64,000 bases of DNA from Haliotis cracherodii (taxonomy: Eukaryota), in assembly GCF_022045235.1 (NCBI RefSeq), contig NW_027266308.1, forward strand, positions 31,062,001 through 31,126,000, read 5' to 3'. Of this stretch, positions 25,001-38,152 are shown one piece after another. The notes under the pieces are model-generated. The model was not told the origin of the DNA, searched no databases, and saw only the letters and a list, made by a program, of their open reading frames with translations. Made by a program: the position numbers and the translations under genes. Each line of letters starts with the position of its first letter. Within the stretch, counting starts at the first letter, position 1.

Positions 25001-28000
25001 AAGGTATGTATTTCAAGACATATAATGTGCACAACTATATGAAAAGAGTTTGAATCAAATATCTCCCTGAAACCACTACTGGGTGTCATACACTTTAAAA
25101 TACAGATCAGGTATGTACAGTCGAAGCCCGTTATCTCGAATGTGCCGATATCTCGTACCTATTCTCCGGTCCCAACCGTTTCACTATATGAAAATTTTCA
25201 GTTTATCACGAATTCGAGATAAAAATACATACTGCAATCTGGAACCTTAGACTCGGTCCCAACTGTGACTTTACTATAGAATTGCACTGCATGCATGTTG
25301 ATATATGTTGCAGTTGCACAAGTATGTTGGTGAGTTAACGCCCTTTGAGACCCGTGTAGATCCGGATTAGAGCAGGTCTTCAGCAACCCATGCGACTAAA
25401 GGGATCGGGTGGTCAGACTCACTGACTTGGTTGATGCATGTAATCGTATCCCAATTGCCTGGATCGATGCTCATGATATCAATTACTGGATTGTCTGGTC
25501 CAGACTTGAATATTTACAAACTGCCGTCATATACTAGTAGCTGGAATAGTGCGGCGTTAAACAACAAACTAACTAACAAACGCCCTTTGACCAGTAATTC
25601 AGAAGCACCTCCCTGGGGGAGGGAAGGCCAAAATACTACGTCATACACCAACGACAGTCAGCAATGTTCAAGCTATGTTACGATGGCCTGTACGTAGGTT
25701 TGTGCCAGACAAACCAGTGGTTGAAATGACCAACGATGACGGTGGCATCACATTGTGACCACCCAATCCTCATTAGGCGGCTCATATGAAAAATACGTGG
25801 TACTGGGGAATTATTCTGACATGGTAACCTCACGAGACTTGCATTAAGTACGCATTAAGTATTGGCATAGCAGAACATTCCCTGTCACAAGCCCCACAGA
25901 GGACACTTACTGAGAATGATGTTGAGGAGTTGATCAATGGCTTCTCCAGTGAACTGGACACAGGTTGGACAAAGGTCGAGGGCTACACCTCCGAAGGGCG
26001 CGACTTGTTTTGTCATGGTGACGTGGTGTGTCTTCTTGGAATGACGGGGATGTTGTGAGAAGCTAGGGAGGCACTGTGCCCCCACCATGGCCGCCAAAAA
26101 TATTGCAACACCCTAAAAAGGAAGATAAAATACCTGTATCACACAATCTAAAAACATCGCCAGGCAAAGGAAGAGCGAGTATGTGAGTATTGGCATAATT
26201 GACCGGGCAAACCAGTGACTGGACGCATGTATAAGCAGCAGTCAACACCGTCGGGTTCACGATGTAACGCAGTAAGTCAAGTGACCAGACATACCTATTT
26301 TAACCGGCTGTTACGACAGACATAAGGTACTGGGGACCTGTTGTGACCCGGAATCCCCACAGGGAGACATGCATGGGGTACTGGGGACCTGTTGAGTCCC
26401 GGGATCCCCACGGGGAGACATGCATGAGGTACTGGGGACCTGTTGAGACCCGAAATCCCCACAGGGAGACATGCATGGGGTAGTGGGGACCTGTTGTGAC
26501 CCGGAATCCCCACAGGGAGACATGCATGAGGTACTGGGGACCTGTTGAGACCCGGAATCCCCACAGGGAGACATGCATGGGGTACTGGGGACCTGTTGTG
26601 ACCCGGAATCCCCACAGGGAGACATGCATGGGGTACTGGGGACCTGTTGTGACCCGGAATCCCCACAGGGAGACAAGCATGGGGACCTGTTGTGACCCGG
26701 AATCCCGACAGGGAGACATGCATGGGGTACTGGGAACCTGTTGAGACCCGTGATCCCCACAGGGAGACATGCATGGGGTACTGGGGACCTGTTGTGACCC
26801 GGAATCCCCACAGGGAGACAAGCATGGGGTAGTGGGGACCTGTTGAGTCCCGGGATCCCCCCAGGGAGACATGCATGGGGTACTGGGGACCTGTTGTGAC
26901 CCGGAATCCCCACAGGGAGACATGCATGGGGTACTGGGGACCTGTTGAGACCCGGGATATATATATANNNNNNNNNNNNNNNNNNNNNNNNNNNNNNNNN
27001 NNNNNNNNNNNNNNNNNNNNNNNNNNNNNNNNNNNNNNNNNNNNNNNNNNNNNNNNNNNNNNNNNNNNNNNNNNNNNNNNNNNNNNNNNNNNNNNNNNNN
27101 NNNNNNNNNNNNNNNNNNNNNNNNACTCAGAGCTCATTGCGTTTTCTCTTTTTAAACCTAACAGTAAGGCATATTACATTATAGGCGCCTGAAAATGGGG
27201 TATTGGATCAAGATTTTTGACTCAAACATAATTGTATATCATATGGGTTATCTTAGCTCAAAGCCTGTGACCGTGTTTCCAATTTTCAAGTCGAGTTAAG
27301 AGGCTTTATCCGTTTCGTGCGTGCTTCTATGATATATTTGGGCACTGACTGTGACCCACACAAAAACATTACTTTTGGTCAGGAACATTTGTGAATCTGT
27401 TTGAGCAATTATAAGTTTACTCGTTGATTCAATCGTAATTAGCCCAGGTGAGCTACTGAGCCTTAGTTCTGTCTTAACCGGATATCGCACTTTGCTAGTG
27501 ACACTTCATATTTCGTCTTCATCATTGTGTTTGTTAATGCTCTTGATTTACAAAAATCACTCTGTAGTAAGTATGTGGCTCCACAGAAAAAAGTGTAATG
27601 TTTCAAGCGTGGGTTATATCTTAGTCACGAAATTGTTTATGAAGTTATTCTAGGACACGACCTATTTCAGACACCTGGCAGATCACAGGGCGAGGAAAAT
27701 ATTCTCATCAGAAACTGTCTAAAACCAAAGAATCCTTTGACCTTCACAGGGAATACGTTTAGAACGCCGTGCATCTATGTATTGTGCTATTCGTGATAAT
27801 ATTTGCTTTGTTTGTCATAATTAACTCACAATGTTGTATTAGTGTTTTATGAAGCAAGGTATTCCCTTGTCTTTGAGATTATCATAGTTAACCTGTGGAG
27901 GCATTAATTTCAAGAAATATCAATCTCATTAAAATCAGACCTAAGTTCTCGCTCCCGCGAAACAAAGATCTTTGTTTAGTGATAGCGAGAACTAAAATCT

Positions 28001-29362
28001 GATTTTAATGAGATTGAAGAAATATCATTATCAATCAAATTTGACAGGTCTGGTTTTTTGCTTGATTGTCCGGAGCTGCATTGCATCCACTGTAGTTTAA
28101 GTATTTAAATGGCAATTATGCCCCCATCGCAGTGGTCATGCGTAAAGGGACAATGAGAGATTTTCCCTTTCATCTTGCAATGTTCTCGATAAATGGTTTC
28201 TGAGAACCATCAGACCCACGTGTGTCAATCCAGCATTCACCCCATCTGGTTCGTCAAAGTGATCTCCTGTCGCTAGTACATATATCATTCGTGACCACTC
28301 TTGACATTTCGTGTCCAACTCCTGACTTAGTTATCAGTTCCGTGATAGGTCAATCAGGCATAACGAAGACGGTTGTCATGCAATGGCACATTAATAGGAA
28401 ATTGCACCAGACATAATTGCTATCACTGATACGTCAAATGTGAAAACGTCCTCCACATGTCTACCATTATTTTTAAAAAGCTTTACTAAGGCCTGAACGC
28501 TGTAACCCCCATCAAACAACTTATGAGCAAGAGTCGTATTGTTCCCTTTAAAATCTTAGTAGAAAGGGCATGCTCGATTGAACCTCAAAAGGGAATTATA
28601 GAAACCAAAGTCTTGAGCTACTGGAATATTTCTAAACATGTGTGGCTGATAGGTACAACACATATCCCATGACAAATAACACGTAAGGTTATTAGGGAGG
28701 GTTAATGTAACCACAGTACGCCAGCTGATTGGTTGTCGTGTGACATATGACCTTTGTACCTATTTAACAATCAATATAATTATTACATGTTCTGAATCAA
28801 GTTCATCGGTTTGGATTTAGTGATTGAATTGGGCTTTACACCAATTTTACCTTTAGTCAAGCCATATAATGGCACAAAGAATATGTTATCACATATTGCA
28901 CCAAACACGGGAATCGAATGAGCAAGCGCTTTGGCCAATTAGGCTACACATACGAAATATACCATTATCTTGAGAACAATCCTTACCTATGTCCAATTAA
29001 CATATATTATTTTTAGAAAAATACTGACACCTGTTCGTTCTTCACCTTAGTTGAAACAGACAATGCCCTGTGCATTTCTCCACTTCATGTACATATGCCT
29101 TTGCACTTTTGTAAAGAGAAGTATGTTAAGTCAAAGCAGTGTGTGGAATGTTTTAGGAATATTGATCATTTCAAACTAACAAATGTATTATAAAACATAA
29201 ACGCGTAAATAACTATTACAAATTGACATATGATAAATTTGACTATTATATAAAAGGCATTGTCTATTCAAAGTACAAATAAACATTGTCACTTTCTACA
29301 AGTGCATATTGTACTATTAAAGAAACATAGAAATCGTTAGTGTGAATTACCTTGATATTCAT
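22069..29362 (-). CDS. Countin-like saposin-B domain secreted protein, paralog C (261 aa)
   Basis: Exons 29351-29362, 25911-26112, 24765-24900, 24085-24197, 23437-23532, 22678-22818 and 22069-22154 give 786 nt, open. The sequence CPTCVQFTGEAIDQLLNIILNLGVVGSCEKLC...VCDLLCDIAGIDEFVKLIQKADLDPIYFCELLNVC...ICNGECGSDHPHS closely follows Dictyostelium countin as I recall it. AATAAA at 22035-22040; TATA at 29421-29426. Confidence 0.92.
25349..25578 (+). mobile_element. SINE-like family 1, TSD-bounded copy
   Basis: TSD aacgccctttga at 25337-25348 and 25579-25590; element starts gacccgtg and ends in an (aac/taac)n tail. Confidence 0.87.
26326..26956. repeat. 51-bp minisatellite, about 12 units, in intron 1 of paralog C
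   Basis: Unit ggggacctgttgtgacccggaatccccacagggagacatgcatggggtact; gives 17-aa periodicity in the ORF track; runs into (AT)n and the gap. Confidence 0.95.
26968..27124. other. Assembly gap (157 N)
   Basis: Run of n. Confidence 1.
27921..28016. mobile_element. 96-bp palindromic MITE with 9-bp TSD
   Basis: caatctcattaaaatcaga...tctgattttaatgagattg; TSD aagaaatat at 27912-27920 and 28017-28025. A related fragment sits at ~57718-57760. Confidence 0.85.
28330..28635 (-). mobile_element. Degenerate Penelope-like RT C-terminal fragment
   Basis: Reverse complement translates to NIPVAQDFGFYNSLLRFNRAC...GYSVQAL, resembling the PLE SNIP..AYGVYISQLIRYARAC region. Confidence 0.5.
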
Positions 29363-31995
29363 TGTATGTATATCCCAGACAGATCCACAGCAAGGAAGAG
29401 ACGCTTAGCGGAGTTATTCCTTTATAAAGCCTGATGTATGGAAGTCTTGTTGGGACATAACTATCTCGATCTAATGAATGGAAATTTACAATGATTTCCC
29501 CATCTGAAAATCCAACCAAACTGATATCTGTATACACAGACTGCATCTCCCCTGCCTTGGTGTATTATCTTTCTGTCGTTTTGTCATGTGTCAATTCCGG
29601 TCATTTAACACGTACATGTTTGTCAACTCTCGTTGTTTTACACCTTGCGGAACATTCACATTTTCGCCTTGGTATATTTTTTGTGAGAGTTCCTGACAAA
29701 CAGGGTCTCACCTTTCTTCAAAGTCGTCAGAGTCAAGTTTTGCTATATTCTTTAAAGCGGCCGACAAAAAGGTTCATGTCAGAAGCCCTTTATAAGCTTC
29801 TTTCATAACCACCCTAACATAATGCGCAAATAATAATGATGATAAGAAGGTTCAGTTGTTTTCAGTGCATGCATCATTATCAGCACGACTCTTTCGCCGC
29901 TGAAGATGATGTTCTAAAGGCAATATGATCTCCATAACCGCTCGATGGATTGTTTGCGCTGAACCTTTTTCTTATTGTTTCTTATCATAAGGGGGATCAC
30001 ATTTCTTCAGGGCGTCAAAATAAATGGGTTTTTTTTTCTTTAACTTGAAGTAAAATAAAATTATGAAAGATCTTCTCATAAGATCAAACCCCGGAGACCT
30101 TTCAAGATGCTCTAGGAAGCTGACCATAAGTAAATGGACATGGTGGCTTGGCTCGGCTACTTGGCTGATTGCTTGACATCGTGTCCCGACGGCGTGGGAC
30201 GGTGCTCTTAATACGCACCACGGGTTTGTCTGATTCAGACTCGACTATCTGCAGGCCGGTGTATAACAACACTATTGAAGACGATGTAGAAATACTAGTT
30301 CTGCCGTGTATGTAGGGATCCCATACCAGGGTATTACAATGCCCAGTTGAAGGCCTAAACTATTTACTTGTGCTGGGTGAATTGCTGCGCCATAGGGGCT
30401 AAGTTTATTACGTTTTATTTCATGCATTGAAATCTGAACTATCAAGAAGGATGTCAAAGCATTCCTCTTAAAAGTTTTCGGTGAAAGTACAAAGATGTAT
30501 TTTCCTTCTGATATATGGATCGTCTCTGTTTTATTACTATGCTGAAACCTGGTTAAAAAATGGAAGGGGAGATTACAAAATATACTGTTTTGAATATTTT
30601 ATTCCACAAATGTGAAAATTTAAGTGGGCGGATTCAATGAAATCCAATCTAATTCAGGACGGTATACCGTAGAGTGAATCTTGCTGAATCGTTTCTATTT
30701 AGGGTCCTTAAAATCATTTAGAACTCACGTTTGCCTTAATGGGATTAGCTCATGACCATAATTTCCAGATAATCCGTATTGTGATTTGTCACATATGTGT
30801 CTCCATACTATCTCCATTGCTCAGTCTACTCAAAGTTCAGGTGCCCTTAAAAGATAATCTCCTTTATCTTTCGCCACAAACCTAACATGTACTAGTATAT
30901 ACATTCACCAACACTGTTAATGACTAACCAGCATTAGTCCACTTCATGGTTAACGGCATGTCCATTAATGATAGTTTAGGGTATAAAGCTGATGTTTGAA
31001 TACTTACCGCCTATAAGAACGGAATGAAACTATCATCGCAACAACCTCTCAGTAACAACGCGACATGGTGTAACTCAATCATGTTCGCAATAATGCACAG
31101 GACAAGCGTGCCTTGAGAGTCTCGCGTATTCTTTCAACATTGAGTGGTTCTCTTTTTCTAAACATGAGTCATTCTGTGTCTGTATTGTAACATACTATAG
31201 CTAAACAAATCAAACCGGGTTATATACGGTACCTGTGACTGTAGATAAAAACGACGTTTTTTGCATTTATCAAAGCAATGTCAAAGGCACCAGCCAATAT
31301 ATTCAAAATTAATCTTTTGAATGAAGCGATTCTACATAACGATAATAGTATTCAAAATTACTTAAGTTGAATAAATGCGGTGCATACTAGCGTCGATGAC
31401 AAGTACTCCCGATTGGTATCTGGAAAATTGCTCAAGCAGTTTCTGTCAGAAAGTACAATGTATAACTTTCACTCTTTTCGCTTGAGTGGTGTACCTTACG
31501 CTGGAGTGACTGCAGCTTTGGTGAATAACGTCTTTATTCTGCTACAGATAGTGTTAATCCTGTGAATCAGTGGCTACATAAGTAAAATTCTGTTTAACGC
31601 TGCAGTTATTACAGCTTTATCAAAGCAGTCTGTTAAACCAAACCAGTGAAATGAAGAATGAGCTACGACCAACGCCATCTGACCACTAAGAAACAATCAG
31701 CCAATCACAGAACCTCACCGTCCGATCACTCTTTAAAGTCCCCTCTTACGACAAGCCATATACTTTTATCCCTAAGCTGTCTTTCAATTATCTATCGGTT
31801 TATTGTTTATTGGTAACTTAAGTATTAACCTGTTAATCTTATTTCTGGTAAATAAGACCACCATTTTTTTAAAAGAAGCCGTACGCATTTATTCATATGT
31901 AGCTTTTGATCTTTTATTGCTCATATTATACCTTAATGCACAGTGATATCGTCGTCGTATGTTAATTCATATCATGTTGCATTTCATGTTTACTT

Positions 31996-32282
31996 GGGTG
32001 GCACGGGTGGCCCAGTCGTCTAAGGCCCCGCCGTGATTCGCAGTGCAGAGTTGCGTCCCTTGGGCACGCAGGAAACCTATGATTGTGGGTTCGAATTCCG
32101 GTTCGCCCGGGCCCCGATTATGTTTCTTGGTTTGTCAGCACCATACCCGTGCTTGTGGGTTTCACCGAAGTGGTAAACGTCTGAGACCTGCATCACTTCG
32201 GGCTTTCCTCCCACATTAAGCTGACACGCCGCGATATAACTGGAATACTGTTAAAAGCGGAGTTAAACCCAACTCACTCACT
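31996..32282 (+). mobile_element. tRNA-derived SINE family 4
   Basis: Near-identical to 18713-18996; (actc)n tail. Confidence 0.87.
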
Positions 32283-32775
32283 CATGTTAACCTGTATTTG
32301 TGTCTGTATGTATGTGGCATGTATCTATGACTTTTCCTTAAATGTGTTCAAATCGGGTAACAAAGTATTATCTTGTCACTTCATAGGACTCGTAGTTCTT
32401 TTGAAGGTAAAGGATGACAAGGTGACAGTTGTTTCTGTTCCTGTTCAGTTATGAACACACTACATCACATCAGTTACACCCAATATGTCTTGACGACAAC
32501 TGCTGTACCTGCTTCTACTTTTCTGATATGAAACACCCCCTGCCAATAGGAGACAAATCATAATGTCCTTCTTTGATTTTCTGTCGCAATCTTAAATTTG
32601 TTTTACTGATTTCAGACAAATGTACCGGGGAATATGGTTGTATCGGTCTGGTGTCACTCGCCATGCACAAACAATAAGAAAGTGTCTCCAAATTATGGCG
32701 TTAATACCAGAATTAGTATTTTTTTACTTCTTTGAGAGGCATTTAGAAGTTGGAGTACTAAGGATAAGATATTAG

Positions 32776-32881
32776 GATGAACACGTTCTTTATTGCAATT
32801 AGGAGCAACGTTTCGGTAGAATCCTGCTTGAGAACCTACACCGAAACGTCGCTCCTAATTAAAATAAAGAAGTTGTTCATC
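32776..32881. repeat. Inverted repeat of Penelope pLTR-like sequence
   Basis: Arms gatgaacacgttctttattgcaattaggagcaacgtttcggt / accgaaacgtcgctcctaattaaaataaagaagttgttcatc. Confidence 0.6.
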
Positions 32882-34414
32882 TTACCCTTACATAAATTAG
32901 TATTATTCTAAAACTCTTTTCATTATAACCGCGCCCTGGATAAAACATTAACTCGTTGACATCTACATAGAAATAAAACCGTTATCAAAGTGTGTCATAG
33001 TAAATATGCCTCATGCTGACACATATCTGGAAAACGGATAGTATATCGTGATAAGTAACACCTGACACTAAATACGGGTCATGGTTCGAACCTGTTCAAG
33101 GTCACATTTGCCTCCTTTGTTCGGTTATCTTCTCATGAGACAATGTGTTAGCACAGCGGGGAGCGCGCCCCGTGACAGGAGAAACTGGGGCCTTGTTTGA
33201 ACATCATAGAGTATGTCTTGAATCTGGCACAGGGGTGGGGAAATTTGCTAATGTATGTACTAGTGTCTGCACAATACATGTATAATCCGGACCCCCTGGA
33301 CCTAATCTGGAACGTCTATGCACGTCGCTATATAGTGCAATAATCTTGAACTCGACGTCCAGTGGAAAAGGATTCTTCCGTTGCACGTGCTACACTTACT
33401 ATCCCCGTGGTCACTGTTCATCAGAGGCAAGTCAATCCGATTGATATGTGGGTATCATACAAGCAGGCAGTACCAAAACAATAAGTGTACACGACCTTCT
33501 AATATATATGTTGAGATGTAATCACTCATATCAAGGTATTTGTCATGTATGTGCTCATACTTGTGTAAATCTGGCATTAAAAATTACAAATAAGCGTAGC
33601 TGTGTATATTTATAATTTCTACTGCGCTGTGAACTTCCATCTAGATGTTTATATTTGCATATGTGATATTGCATATGTGATATGTGATATATACATGAAC
33701 TCACGCACGCACGCACACATACCATGGTAGCAACACGCGGATCAAGAAGGAGGGAGTTTTTTTCACCTTTCTGCAGAATATTAATCATCATCATAACGTA
33801 TATAATAAAGCTGAATAATCCACCCGTCATCTAAATAAAGCACACATTAAGAGATAAAATTAAGTTGAAATTTCGCCTTTTAATTAAAAAACTCAACATT
33901 AAAAATTACATAATTCAGAATATGAATAATATCAGCATAGTGATGCCCAAATGTAGATATGACAAATGTTTCGATCTGTTTTAATTCGTTGTCATATAAA
34001 TATTATTTACGTCTGTTTTCTGTTGTCTGTTATTTACAGTTTCAAACATTTCAGATACATTTTCCGGTTCACTATCTTACTAAGAGAAGGAAACAGAGAG
34101 ACGAAATTCATATTTATATATGAAAAGTTACTTCGTTGCCCTAAAGAAAACTACTCTGTGTCAAGGAGACAATGATTAAAACGGTATAAATACAGTGAAT
34201 GAGGTAATTGCTGTTCATTTACATATTATTTTTCGTGTATCTAAAACCGCAAATTAATGGGAAAGACATTATCATAATATACAATTTTTCCGTTATTCAA
34301 AATAAACACATATTAATGTCTTTATTGTTCATGGATTTGTGTGATGTCGTTAACAATATACATGTTTTTCCAGTTGGATTTACCTTGAAAAAATATTAAA
34401 GTAAAAATATTACG

Positions 34415-34486
34415 TTCCATTGCCGGGAATCGAACCCGGGCCGCCTGGGTGAAAGCCAGGAATCCTAACCACTAGACCACAATGGA
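34415..34486 (-). tRNA. trnE-TTC: tRNA-Glu (anticodon TTC)
   Basis: Reverse complement TCCATTGTGGTCTAGTGGTTAGGATTCCTGGCTTTCACCCAGGCGGCCCGGGTTCGATTCCCGGCAATGGAA: perfect 7-bp acceptor stem, CCTGG/CCAGG anticodon stem around TTC, T-loop GTTCGA, and a T5 terminator at 34403-34407. Confidence 0.96.
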
Positions 34487-35517
34487 TCGCTGAAGAAATT
34501 AGAGCATAATACTGTATCTATGACTTTGCCGTGCGCGGTAGCGATCAATAAAGCTAAGATGACTCATCCGTGACAACACTCGACTCGCCAGTATAAAGGG
34601 AGGTAACCCAAAGCGGACGTAAACGTCCGTGAGCGAAAACCGTGTTGACATACTTGACCCAAAACGAGTCCAGGTTCGACCCACACAAAGCTCAGGTGTC
34701 GCGGCTTGAAATCGCGAATATTTCTATTGTGATCATCTATTTTGCATATCGAAAAGTAGAACTTTCAAGTGAAAAGCTTCTAGATTCCAACGACTGGCTC
34801 AGGTTATTCAGGTTTTTTCATCGCGCTCACATTTCCTGTGAATACCTTGTCGTGGGCGTGAATAACTGTAGGCCCAACTGATATAAACGTTTTCTAACAT
34901 TCAGTCACCTGATCACACTCTAGTAGTAATGCCAATGTCTAAAACAACACACAACGAGCTTTGTTTTTGGACATCTAATTCATTTCGAAATCATATAAAC
35001 ATACACGTTTGTGGATATGAGCTTAATAAACAGAACACACTTGTGTAAATTATCAAATGTGACATTTCTTGTATAAATATGACATCGTTACATTATCAGA
35101 TTAATATATATCTCAAGATTAAATTAATAAAGTTTCAAACAATACAAAACACCACAATTATATACATGTTGAAATCGATTAATCTACCATTTCGGAAGAG
35201 TTGCATATATATATGTTTGACAATTTAGTTAGGTTTTTCAACAAGTTAGGCCAAATCATATATTTAAAGAATAAACTATATATTTAACTTTTTGAATTTC
35301 AGAAAATAAATTAAATATTGAATATAAACATTGATTAAATGAAATTTAAATATAGTTTCTAAATACAAAAGAAATTTTATGAAAATATATATGCAGTGTA
35401 TTAAGAAGACGGAAAACAGATTAAACTTATTTCGTTACAGCATCAGCTATCTATGAGTAGTACAATTCGATGGCAAATGTTCCAGCAGAGACTGTTCTCT
35501 GTTCCCGTGTCCAAACT

Positions 35518-37744
35518 TCACAGCATAAATGCAGGAGGTCGGTTTGCGGGGTCACATTGGAGGGCTGCCTTCATACTGTCACCCAGACTAGAAGTGATGG
35601 CACTGACGTCTACAAACTCCGGCAACTCCACCACGGTTTCAGCATGCTCCACGACGGTAAACTCAACACACTCGCCGATAAAGAGGTCTTCCCCTGTCAG
35701 CAGATAGTAGATTATACATCCGAGAGACCACACGTCAGCCTTGATGGCAGAATACAGGCAGCCATTGCTGAGAACCTCGGGTGCCATGTAGGCATAGGTT
35801 CCTGCAGTGCTCGTAATATACACCTCCTTTCCGCAGAATCCCTGGACGTTCTTGGCGCAGCCGAAATCCGCGAGAATCGCTTTGTTTCCTTCTAGAAGTA
35901 CGTTGGCAGGTTTCAAGTCTCTGTGCGCGATCAGTTTGTCGTGGAGAAAGCCAACTGCCGACTGGATGTCTAGAAATAGGCTCATGATGTACTCAGAATC
36001 TCTGTGTCTGAAATGAAGCGGAACAATATAAATCAATATGAAGGTGTGAGTGAGGGAGTTTAACGCAGCTTTGAACAGGGATGCGATTTGAGAACGGGTG
36101 GCCCAGTCGTCTAAGGCGCCGCGATTCGCTGTGCAGGGTTGCGTCCCTTGGGCACGCAGGAAACCTATGATTGTGGGTTCGAATCCCGGTTCGCCCCGAT
36201 TATGTTTCTAGGTTAGTCAGCACCATACCCGTGCTCGTGGGTTTCACCGAAGTGGTAAACGTCTGAGACCTGCATCACTTCGGGCTTTCCTCCCACATTA
36301 AGCTGACACGCCGTGATATAACTGGAATACTGTTAAAAGCGACGTTAAACTAAACTCACTCACTACAATTTGAGTTGATAGATGTGGTAGGACAGTCCGA
36401 AGTGATGCAGGACTTGGTCGTTTACCACACTGGTGAAACCCACAAGCATGGCATGATGCTGATATACGATATCAAGGAACGTTTAAAAATATCTGTTATA
36501 TGACTGTCATTATTTTTAAACTTTGACATCGTATGGATAGTGCACTTTGTTAAACGAGACAAAGACTATATCAGTTTTTTTTATATTAATCAAACGAACT
36601 GGAGTCTGCCAACAAATACACTCACCCAATAGCTACATCTTTGAGACTACCGGAGGCCAGGTTCATGATGATGATTATCTCGGACTCGAGATGGAAGCAG
36701 TCCAACAGACGGACAATGTTAGGGCAGTCTTGAAGTGACTTGAGTATATCCACTTCTGTCAAAGCATTGTCCACATCACCTTCATGCCGCACCCTTTTAA
36801 CCGCCACGATGTCTAGTGAGTCCAGCTTCATCGCTTTGTACACCGAGCCGAAGGTCCCCCTCCCAACTCGAGACAGGATCTCGTACATGTCCGTGAAGTC
36901 TTCCTCCATCAACAATCCCTGTTTCGTCTCTTTGGCTGGTTCTCCCGACGCCAGAGTTGGATCTGACTGAACTCTGGATGGCACATGGGGCCAGATCCTT
37001 CCTAGAGAGTCCTTATTCAAAGCTGATCTGTTGGCATGATGTTTAATTGAACGAGATCTATTAGAATCGATGCCCCGTGTAGAACTGGCTGTTGGAACCC
37101 TGGAGCTGATCTCTAAGAAAGGATCCGAGAATCCACCTCTGTGACAGGATGACTTCAAGCCGGTAGTGGAGGACCTACTGCTGGTGTCACTTGTCCATCT
37201 GATAGAGCCTTGTGTGGTGACAGGAGGGATAACCTCCCATCGCACAACTTGCTTTGGTTTGCGTCGAAACCAACTGTAACCTGGAATTATTGAATTTGAA
37301 TGATTCAACGTTCAGTACAAATCGTTTAATATCGAAACCATTTTTCAAATCATCAGTTGAATAAGTTACTTTATAAAAGTATAAGTTGGGATTTATGTAG
37401 TTATGAGGAGTTATGAGGTATTTGGAATCTTGTCAATCAGAAAGGACCAGGTTGGATTAGGGCGCTATTAAGCCCACTGAAAATCTTAAATATTAAAGTT
37501 TCCTTAAACTTTGAAATATTGGTATTACAAATATCAGACATGTCCCAATAGCTAAAATCACGAACAAGCATTATCGGATATGTTCGGGGCGAATTTTGGC
37601 AAATAAATGACTGCTCAAACCAATATGGTGCATCTATGATAATGTTTCTAAATATGAAGCTGGAAATATTTCTATCTTCTTACCTTTCCAAGCAACGTAC
37701 GCTCCAGCGAGGAGTGATGAAGGCGTAATCCAGAACTCAATCAT
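35518..37744 (-). CDS. Ser/Thr protein kinase (~401 aa) with N-terminal hydrophobic anchor-like segment
   Basis: Exons 37684-37744, 36626-37280 and 35518-36007 give 1206 nt, phase-consistent. Motifs GRGTFG, VAVK, alphaC Glu, HRDLKPAN, DFG, APE, DVWSLG and NRP are intact. Exon 1 is less certain than exons 2-3; an alternative start is MEEDF at 36909. Confidence 0.85.
36094..36363 (+). mobile_element. tRNA-derived SINE family 4 in kinase intron 2
   Basis: Near-identical to the 18713 and 31996 copies; nested in an older antiparallel copy (tail ~36045-36080, body ~36380-36462). Confidence 0.87.
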
Positions 37745-37963
37745 CTCGTAGAATTGTTGGTTTCACCCGTCAACTAAAAATAAACAGAGTATATATGAAC
37801 TGTTGTCAGTTACTAAACGTATTAAGCTAAATCAGTGCGTAAATAAGCACACGGATATGCTGCCAGAAGGAGCATCAATGAGTGTTTGTGTACATGTCGT
37901 ACTTACTGACCACAGGCTAAGCTGTTCAACATGATACCTTGTCGCTAAACACAGAGAATGGGA

Positions 37964-38006
37964 TGACGTCATAGACAAACGTGATCTCGTCGTTTCTATG
38001 ACGTGA
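37964..38006. promoter_or_regulatory. Inverted pair of CRE-like sites upstream of the kinase
   Basis: TGACGTCA at 37964-37971 and TGACGTGA at 37999-38006, within the palindrome acgtcataga...tctatgacgt. A strong donor (gtaagt) at 37901-37906 suggests a 5'UTR exon here. Confidence 0.4.
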
Positions 38007-38152
38007 GCGAGAGCGTGTTGTTGTCGCAGGGTGATTGTGTAAGGGGCGCGTCCTGTTTGTGTCCACTGGGCGTGGGTTTGAATGCGATATTCGTCTCCAT
38101 TGGGTCAGGCTCTGTGGCTTAGCTTTTATTATTGTACCCATATTTCATTGGG

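Noticed and set aside
26326-26956. CRISPR-like array
   Set aside because: Units are contiguous with no unique spacers, there are no cas genes, and the context is eukaryotic.
26295-27192. Long ORFs of 200-280 aa over the minisatellite and gap
   Set aside because: Open in several frames only because the 51-bp unit lacks stops and Ns translate as X; intronic in paralog C.
37312-37341. ATG behind a TATA-like sequence as the kinase start
   Set aside because: Reads MVSILNDLY-stop, and no phase-compatible splice to 37280 was found; the 37684-37744 exon fits better.
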